From the NCBI GenBank assembly GCA_046292385.1, contig JBKBRF010000003.1, forward strand, positions 262,225 to 326,224: a stretch of DNA of 64,000 nt, written 5' to 3'. Both the position numbers and the translations under genes were made by a program. Of this stretch, positions 57,607-64,000 are shown one piece after another; the stretch's first letter is position 1, and the number at the start of each line of letters is the position of its first letter. The notes beneath the pieces are model-generated. The model saw only the letters and a program-made list of their open reading frames with translations, did no database searches and was not told the DNA's origin. The DNA comes from Armatimonadota bacterium (GTDB lineage: Bacteria > Armatimonadota > SYMT01).

Positions 57607-59367
57607 ATGACCACTCGCCGCGCCGTACTGCAGCTCCTCACCCTCGGCACCGCCGCCGTCTCCTCGCGCGGCCTTCCGGCGCAGCCGGAGCCGGTCGGGA
57701 ACGAGCCGCTCTCCTCCGAGCGAGATCCACGCCTGGGACGGCGACTTTCCCTGGCCTCCGAAGGGATCCCGCTGGCGCGAGTGCTGGAGGCGCTCTCCGC
57801 GGAGACCGGCGTGACGCTGCGGTTCGCGGGGCGCGCCGGCGACGAGCGGCTCGTGGCGTTCGTGCCGCAGGCGACCCTGGCGGAGGTGCTGTCGTCGATC
57901 GCGGAGCTCTACCGCTGCGAGTGGGTGCGCGTAGGAGGGGACCGTCCCAGCTACCGGCTGCAGAAACCCCCGCTGCGGGAGCGGGATGAGGCGCGTCTCC
58001 GCCATCGGGCGCTGGAAGAGATCGTGGCGACCCTCGGGCGCGTGCTGCGAAATCCCCGGGACGCCGAAGGGCTGCGTTTCAAGCCGCGAGAGCAGTGGCT
58101 GCCGCTCTACCCGGAGCTGGCGCCGATCCTCCTCACCCGCGGCGCGGAGCTGGTGCGGGTGGGCTTTCTCTACCTGCCGATGGCGGAGCTGCCCGAGCCG
58201 ATGCGCGGCTCCGTCCTCGGCAAGCTCGCGCCGATCCTGAAGGACCAGGATGCGCAGCGGGACCGCGCGATCCTGGAGCTCCAGGATATGCAGCGTCAGA
58301 TGGGAGCTCCGCCGGAAGGATTGCCGGATTTGAAGCCGCCGACCGTTCCGGAGGAGTGCCTGCTCACCCTCGATCTCTCCGTCGACGCCGAGCCGCGCGC
58401 CCAGATGGGGCTCCGCTCTCCGGAGGGTACCTGGTACAACTGGCTCCACGTAACCGGAGACGACCTGCGGGACGAGGCGCTGGAGCTCTATCGCGAGCGG
58501 CGCCCTCGCGTACCGGAGGTCGCGGGAGGCGTGGCCAATGCTCCCCCGGACGGCGCGGACCCGTTCGGCAGGCCGGTCGAGATCGCCCCGCCCGCAGGCG
58601 CTCCCGCGAAAGACTGGATCGGCACCCTTCGGCGCCTCTCCGACGCCGCGGGGATCGCCATCTACACCGACTGCTATCACTACTTCCAGCACAACCTGCC
58701 GGGCCCGCCGCGCGGAGGATTGGCGACCCGCGGCCGCGGCACCGCGGAGCAGATCCTGGACGGCCTCTGCCATCCGCAGGCGAGCGCCGGCACGCAGAAG
58801 CTGCTGCCGAACAGCTTCTGGTGGCGCCGCGGCGACGCGGCGTTCGTCCGGAGCTTCCGCTGGCTCTGGGAGGCGGAAACGGTGCTTCCGGACGCGCTCC
58901 TCCGGCGAGCGGCGGACGCCGTGCGCAAGACCGGCACCCTCGATCCCGAGAGCCTGCCGGAGCTTGCCGCGCTCCACGCGTTCCAGGTCCACAGCGTGGG
59001 GCAGGTGGCCCAGCACCTCGACCAGTGGCAGCTCGGCATTCAGCTCCCCGCCCGGCTCAGCCTGCCCGCGCGCCGGATGCTCCTTTCCGGAGGCATCACG
59101 TGGGAGCGCCTCTCCCCCGCGGACCAGCTTCTGCTGACGCCGTTTCTCGCCCCGGCTCCACCGGGCCAGCCGCCGAACGCGAACGCGAAGATCACTACCG
59201 AGGTGACGAGCGCGCCGGAACAGGGAGGCGTGGTGCTGCGGGTGAGCTACTGGCCGGTGGGCGTGAGGTACGGCCGCTCGCTCAACCTGCCGCTGCCCGG
59301 CGTCGGCCCCGCCCCGGGCCTGGAGCCGCGAGGGCTGGAGGTCCGCCTGCTGGACGCCGCCAATTAG
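57607..59367 (+). CDS. Tat-signal hypothetical protein with secretin-N/STN-like domains
   Basis: MTTRRAVL Tat-like signal; DPRL.RRLSL...GIPL..VLE.LS..TGV.L; second similar segment near the middle. Confidence 0.6.
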   Translation: MTTRRAVLQLLTLGTAAVSSRGLPAQPEPVGNEPLSSERDPRLGRRLSLASEGIPLARVLEALSAETGVTLRFAGRAGDERLVAFVPQATLAEVLSSIAELYRCEWVRVGGDRPSYRLQKPPLRERDEARLRHRALEEIVATLGRVLRNPRDAEGLRFKPREQWLPLYPELAPILLTRGAELVRVGFLYLPMAELPEPMRGSVLGKLAPILKDQDAQRDRAILELQDMQRQMGAPPEGLPDLKPPTVPEECLLTLDLSVDAEPRAQMGLRSPEGTWYNWLHVTGDDLRDEALELYRERRPRVPEVAGGVANAPPDGADPFGRPVEIAPPAGAPAKDWIGTLRRLSDAAGIAIYTDCYHYFQHNLPGPPRGGLATRGRGTAEQILDGLCHPQASAGTQKLLPNSFWWRRGDAAFVRSFRWLWEAETVLPDALLRRAADAVRKTGTLDPESLPELAALHAFQVHSVGQVAQHLDQWQLGIQLPARLSLPARRMLLSGGITWERLSPADQLLLTPFLAPAPPGQPPNANAKITTEVTSAPEQGGVVLRVSYWPVGVRYGRSLNLPLPGVGPAPGLEPRGLEVRLLDAAN

Positions 59368-59382
59368 GAGCCTCTCCGGGAG

Positions 59383-60558
59383 CTACCTGGCACGCCGTTT
59401 TACGGCGTAGCCGTACTGGATCGGCCAGCTCGGCTCCGCGTCCAGCTCATGCTGGGCCTTCAGCGCCCAGTACGGCTCGCGCAGCAGCTCCCGTCCCAGT
59501 AGGACCAGGTCGGCATCTCCGGCGATGATCACCTCGTTCGCCTGCTGCGGCTCGCAGATCATGCCGACCGCCGCCGTGCAGATGCGGGCCTCGCCCCGGA
59601 TGCGCCGCGCGAACGGCACCTGGTAGCCGCGCGCCACCGGGATCTTCGCCCGGGGCACCAGGGCCCCGGAGGAGACGTCGATCAGGTCGACGCCGACCTC
59701 CTTCAGCCGTCGGCAGAGCTCCACCGATTGTTCCACGTCCCATCCGCCCTCGACCCAGTCGGTAGCGGAGATCCGGACGAAGAGCGGCAGCTCGGCGGGC
59801 ATCGCGGCGCGTACGCGCTCCGCCACCTGTGCCGGGAGCCGGATGCGGTTCTCGAGACTGCCGCCGTACCGGTCGCGGCGCTGATTGGAGAGCGGCGAGA
59901 GGAACTCATGCAGCAGGTAGCCGTGCGCGGCGTGCAGCTCCAGCACCTGGAAACCCGCCTCCAGCGCGCGCCGGGCTGCCGCTTCGAAAGCGGCGATGAC
60001 CCCCTCGATGCCCGCTTCATCCAGCGCGGCGGGAACCGGATCTCCGTCGTCGAACGGGATGGGGCTCGGGCCAACGACCGGCCAGCCACCCGCCTCCGGC
60101 GTTTTCAGGCTCGTGCCGCCGTTCCAGGGCAGGTCGCTGCTCGCCTTGCGGCCGGCGTGCGCGAGCTGGATGGCGGGCACGGCGCCCATTCTCCGCAGGA
60201 AGCGGGCGATCCGCGCCAGCGGCTCCGCGTGCGCGTCACTCCAGATGCCCAGGTCCCCCGGCGAGATCCGCCCCTCCGGCGTGACGGCGGTCGCCTCCAC
60301 CATCACCAGCCCGGCTCCGCCGACCGCCCGGCTGCCGAGGTGCACCAGATGCCAGTCGTCCGCCATCCCGTCCACGGCGGAGTACTGGCACATCGGCGAC
60401 ATCCCGATGCGGTTGCGCAGCGTCACTCCCCGCAGCATCAGCGGGCTCAGGAGGTCGACCTCCGGAACTTCCTGGTCATGCACCGCATCCGCAAGAGCCC
60501 CGGGAGCTCCCGGCTCCAGCGCGTCGGCGTGGGTACGGTCGGGGGTGCTCAAGCTCAT
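59383..60558 (-). CDS. NADH:flavin oxidoreductase (Old Yellow Enzyme, NamA/YqjM-like)
   Basis: [52 protein letters not shown]. Confidence 0.93.
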   Translation of the reverse strand: MSLSTPDRTHADALEPGAPGALADAVHDQEVPEVDLLSPLMLRGVTLRNRIGMSPMCQYSAVDGMADDWHLVHLGSRAVGGAGLVMVEATAVTPEGRISPGDLGIWSDAHAEPLARIARFLRRMGAVPAIQLAHAGRKASSDLPWNGGTSLKTPEAGGWPVVGPSPIPFDDGDPVPAALDEAGIEGVIAAFEAAARRALEAGFQVLELHAAHGYLLHEFLSPLSNQRRDRYGGSLENRIRLPAQVAERVRAAMPAELPLFVRISATDWVEGGWDVEQSVELCRRLKEVGVDLIDVSSGALVPRAKIPVARGYQVPFARRIRGEARICTAAVGMICEPQQANEVIIAGDADLVLLGRELLREPYWALKAQHELDAEPSWPIQYGYAVKRRAR

Positions 60559-60744
60559 CGCCACTCCTCCAGAGGGGCACGGGCCGCTGGGAGCGGACGA
60601 GTTGGGACTTCCCAACCCAGCGTCCCGGCTAACCCTCTGTACCCCGGTTTCGCGGTACGGAGAACCTTTCGGTTTACCGGCCGACTGCCCACGGGAACCC
60701 TTAGCCGACTCCAGGCGCTGCCAGGATCGGAAAGGGGGCGAGCG

Positions 60745-61752
60745 ATGAGAGCGGTCGTACTCCATGCGCCGGGCGGGCTGGACCGGCTGGAGCTGGTCGA
60801 CCTCCCGGACCCGGGTGCTCCCGGTCCCGGAGAGCTGCGGGTCAGGATTCACGCCAGCTCCCTCAACTACCACGACTACGGCATCGCAGCCGGACGGATG
60901 CCGACCGCGGACCGCCGTATTCCGATGTCGGACGGCGCCGGGGTGGTGGAGGCGGTCGGCGAGGGCGTCACCGACTACCGGGTGGGAGATCACGTCGTCT
61001 CCTGCTTCTTCCCCACCTGGCAGCAGGGGCCGCCGACGGTGTCCGACTTCTCCACCGTCCCCGGAGACGGCGTGGACGGCTACGCGCGGGAAGTGGTGGT
61101 GCGTCCGGCGTCGTGGTTCACGCCCGCGCCGCGGGGCTACAGCCACGCGGAGGCCGCGACCCTCACCACGGCTGGGCTCACGGCCTGGAGGGCGCTCGTG
61201 GTCGACGGCAAGCTGAAGGCGGGGGACGTGGTCCTCGTGCTCGGCACGGGCGGGGTCTCGATCTTCGCGCTGCAGCTTGCCAAGGGGATGGGCGCCACGG
61301 TGATCGCGACCTCCTCCTCGGATGAAAAGCTGGAGCGGGTCCGCGCGCTGGGTGCCGATTACACCCTCAACTACCGGGAGCACGCCGACTGGGGCCGCCG
61401 CGCCCGCGAGTGGACCGGCGGGCGAGGCGTGGACCACGTGATCGAGGTCGGCGGGCCGGGAACCCTGCCGCAGTCGATTGCCGCCGTACGGGTGGGCGGG
61501 CATATCTCGCTGATCGGCGTGCTGACCGGCGCCGCCGGCGAAGTGCCGACCGCGCTGCTGATGGTCAAGCAAGCGCGGCTCCAGGGGTTGATCGTCGGAA
61601 GCCGGAGCCACCAGCTCGACTTCGTGCGCGCGCTCGAGGCGACCGGGCTGCGGCCGGTGATCGACCGCTCCTTCCCGCTGGCGGAGATCGCCCAGGCGTT
61701 CGAGTACGAGGGCGCGGGCGCGCACTTCGGAAAGGTCTGCCTGGAGATCTAG
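60745..61752 (+). CDS. NAD(P)-dependent MDR-family oxidoreductase
   Basis: SLNY.D, P.SDGAG.V, AGLTAW.AL, GTGGVS.FALQ, HFGKV. Confidence 0.92.
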   Translation: MRAVVLHAPGGLDRLELVDLPDPGAPGPGELRVRIHASSLNYHDYGIAAGRMPTADRRIPMSDGAGVVEAVGEGVTDYRVGDHVVSCFFPTWQQGPPTVSDFSTVPGDGVDGYAREVVVRPASWFTPAPRGYSHAEAATLTTAGLTAWRALVVDGKLKAGDVVLVLGTGGVSIFALQLAKGMGATVIATSSSDEKLERVRALGADYTLNYREHADWGRRAREWTGGRGVDHVIEVGGPGTLPQSIAAVRVGGHISLIGVLTGAAGEVPTALLMVKQARLQGLIVGSRSHQLDFVRALEATGLRPVIDRSFPLAEIAQAFEYEGAGAHFGKVCLEI

Positions 61753-61975
61753 TGGTGTGTCCAGGTACTTCTGAGGGTGGGAGTGGGAGCAAGGGAGAGT
61801 GGGAAGTCGGCGCCCTCGCTGCTGTTAGCAGGTTCCAGGTTCCGAACCCCACCCACCGGGGAGCTCAACCTGCGACCTGCCAACTTGCTAACCTGCAACA
61901 GACATCTCCCGCTCTCCCTTGCCAACGCCACTCACCACTTCCGGTCTGACGGAGTACTACGCCGGGGAGTACGCA

Positions 61976-62012
61976 GCGAGGGCGCCGCCGGCGAACCGTG
62001 CGGCGCCCTCGC
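61976..62012. terminator. Hairpin between convergent genes
   Basis: GCGAGGGCGCCGC / GCGGCGCCCTCGC 13-bp stem. Confidence 0.55.
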
Positions 62013-62033
62013 GGTGCGTTCCGGACCTGAATT

Positions 62034-62501
62034 TTAGTGAACGTGCACGCCCTTGCGGTTGAGGGTGCACTCGCCGTTATTGGCGCCGTTGAACGAGGAG
62101 ATCGAGTAGAGGCCGTTGAAGACGCCGCCCTGCTCGTCCTGGAAGTGCCCCATGATCGCGATCTGGGTGATCTTCGGCGGCCGTCCGCTCACGCCCCCGA
62201 GGTTGAGCTGCTTGATCGACGGCTCGTACCCGCCCTGGAGCTTGTAGGTCTTGCGGCCAAAGCGCGCAGTGGCCTTGATCATCCGCGAGCCCTGCCGGGT
62301 CTTGTCGCTGATGATCTTGACGATCAGCTTGCCGCTGGCGGATCCGCCGCCCTCAGTCTGCTGGAAGGTGCCGTTATAGGTGCCCTTGAGGTTGTCGAGC
62401 GAAGGCGCCTTGCGCGCTTCCGCCCCGGAAAGGGCGACGAGGGAGACGGCCATTCCCGCCAGCAGCAGGCTGCGGCGGCTCATCTTGGAGAACGGATTCA
62501 A
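62034..62501 (-). CDS. Secreted basic beta-rich hypothetical protein
   Basis: AGGAGG RBS; SRRSLL Tat-like signal; G.Y.G.F beta pattern. Confidence 0.65.
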   Translation of the reverse strand: MNPFSKMSRRSLLLAGMAVSLVALSGAEARKAPSLDNLKGTYNGTFQQTEGGGSASGKLIVKIISDKTRQGSRMIKATARFGRKTYKLQGGYEPSIKQLNLGGVSGRPPKITQIAIMGHFQDEQGGVFNGLYSISSFNGANNGECTLNRKGVHVH

Positions 62502-62859
62502 CGGATCCTCCTGCGCGTTCCGGCCCCCGCGCGGCGCGACGCCGCGGCGACTGCCGAGTGTTGGATAGAGAGGCGGCGCGGGGAAGCCGCGGTTGAGGCC
62601 CGAGGAGAGAATAGACCGTCAAGCGCCGCCGCTAATTCGGAGTGCGCACAGTGCCTCTTAGTTGTTCATTAGGCCCCCGGCCGCACTGGTGCTAGGGAGG
62701 CTGCAATCCTGTGCCCGAGTCTCAACTTTTCCTCAATAATCTGGCAGCGCCTGCACCATCCGGGAGCGCGGCTCCTTCTGAAGCCGGACGGCGGCTTCCG
62801 CCTCTAACAAGCTGCCTCTCGCGCCGCCTCCAGGCGCGGATCTCCCGGGACAGAGCCTG

Positions 62860-63102
62860 ATGCTGCGAATCGCTGGCGGGACGTCGCTCACGTGTGCCGG
62901 CCGGACCCGCCGGGACCTGCTTCGCGCGGGCGGCGAAGTGCCGGGCCAGACCGGTGGCTTCGCGGGGCAGCGGTACGACCCGTTCGACATTCCGGACGAC
63001 CCCAGCCAGCCGAATTTCCGCGTCCAGGACATCGCCGCCAGCGCGGAGCTGCCGGGGATCGGGATCTGCCGCGGCGAGGTGGTGTCCGGGCTCCTCGCCT
63101 GA
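62860..63102 (+). pseudogene. Collapsed DUF1501-family remnant
   Basis: N-terminal MLRI...C.G.TRRDLLR.GG joined directly to the internal PGQ.GGF.G..YDPF....DP..PNF.V motif; only 80 codons. Confidence 0.6.
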
Positions 63103-63107
63103 CGCCC

Positions 63108-63575
63108 TCAGCGCGCGCGGCGGCTTCCGGTGCGCTCGTCGGCATCGAGCGTCTCGCGAATGGCGGCGGCCCAGCGGAGCACGCTCTCTACGTAGCGGCC
63201 GGCCCCCCCTGCCAGCACGTCCGCCACGTTCATTGGCCAGCCGCCCCGCCTCCACGCGACCGGCGGGTCTCCCTCCCGGCGCAGCACCCGCGCCGATCCG
63301 TTGGCCGCCTCTCGCGCCCGGCGGCGCAGCTCGTCCACGCCGGCGCGCCCGTCCAGCGCGTCCGCCAGGCTGGTGCGGAGCCCGCGCAGCGCCTCCGCCG
63401 TGTAGCGCATGCTGTCCGGGTGCTGCAGCGCGTAGCAGCCGACGGTGTAGAAGTGCACCAGCGATCCCGGCGCGCCGGGGACCTGTCCCTCCAGCGCCAG
63501 CAGCGCGTGGAAGCTCTCCTGGCAGGAGCCGCCCTCGGGGACCGGCGCGCCGCATTCGGGACAGGTGTCCGGCAT
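63108..63575 (-). CDS. DUF5946-like protein
   Basis: CPECGA...C...F..LL, H...V.CY.LQHP, Y...V..WA. Confidence 0.7.
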   Translation of the reverse strand: MPDTCPECGAPVPEGGSCQESFHALLALEGQVPGAPGSLVHFYTVGCYALQHPDSMRYTAEALRGLRTSLADALDGRAGVDELRRRAREAANGSARVLRREGDPPVAWRRGGWPMNVADVLAGGAGRYVESVLRWAAAIRETLDADERTGSRRAR

Positions 63576-63609
63576 CGGTTTCTCCCCTCTGAGCGGGATG
63601 GCCGCGGGG

Positions 63610-63846
63610 TCAGCCTCGCAGCTTGCGCACCACCGGTAGGGCGGCGGCGATGCCGAGCCCCCAGGCGGCGACTACCGCCGCCGCGAACGCAAGGAAGCGC
63701 GGAGCCTGCCAGCCGGACTGCAGCGCCCATGGGATGGCCGTCAGTGGTGCGGCCACGCCGAGCACCGCCGCGAGCGTGAGAACTCCCAAGGCGGTGACGC
63801 GATCTGCAACGGGTACTCGCCGATGGTCCTGACTCACGGTACGCAC
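63610..63846 (-). CDS. Small two-TM hypothetical protein
   Basis: AGGAGG directly upstream; two hydrophobic helices; exact start uncertain. Confidence 0.5.
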   Translation of the reverse strand: MRTVSQDHRRVPVADRVTALGVLTLAAVLGVAAPLTAIPWALQSGWQAPRFLAFAAAVVAAWGLGIAAALPVVRKLRG

Positions 63847-63898
63847 CTCCTTCCGACTGAGAACGGCGCCGGCCCGCGTTAGCCCAAGTTCCGCAGTT

Positions 63899-63930
63899 GG
63901 TGGTGGCAGATTACTGCCACCACCTTTTTT
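63899..63930 (+). terminator. Rho-independent terminator
   Basis: GGTGGTGGCAG-ATTA-CTGCCACCACC-TTTTTT. Confidence 0.75.
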
Positions 63931-64000
63931 CGTGCCTGACTGGCGGTTGCGCTACGAGGTCTCCACCGAGTTACAGGCATGGCTGCCGCCGCATTGCCCG

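Noticed and set aside
34063..61752. Very long alternative ORFs (34063-36621, 49927-52329, 53758-56922, 59383-61725, 59728-61752)
   Set aside because: Arg/Pro/Ala-rich shadow frames of real genes; only their terminal parts (lmo0937-like, OYE, MDR) are credible proteins.

Overview
High-GC bacterial chromosomal window, probably Armatimonadota (inferred from a prepilin/DUF1559/H-X9-DG gene with the 'IAILAAILFPVFAQAREKARS..C.SNLRQ' signature). Housekeeping genes: argC-argJ-argB, tsaE-tsaB-rimI-tsaD, lysA, DAHP synthase, pntAa-pntAb-pntB, feoA-feoA-feoB, clpS, iscS, an lpxB-like gene, kdgD and several peptidases and oxidoreductases. No rRNA, tRNA, CRISPR array, transposase or integrase was recognised. 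Most notable observations: (i) a four-gene tandem array of secreted helical paralogs with a GspG/pseudopilin-like C-terminal motif behind an ECF-type promoter, near a pilin-like gene that sits behind a DtxR-like box next to feo; (ii) three tandem small TM/coiled-coil paralogs; (iii) an ABC/AAA ATPase plus DUF3226 (TOPRIM-like) candidate defence pair with a one-base frameshift in a C-run; (iv) a recurring SigB/SigF-like promoter motif in front of small stress genes; (v) about 20 intergenic palindromic elements built from 7-9-mer tandem arms; (vi) gene relics (a nuoF 3' end and a collapsed DUF1501 gene). All family calls come from motif recognition by eye; no database searches were run.
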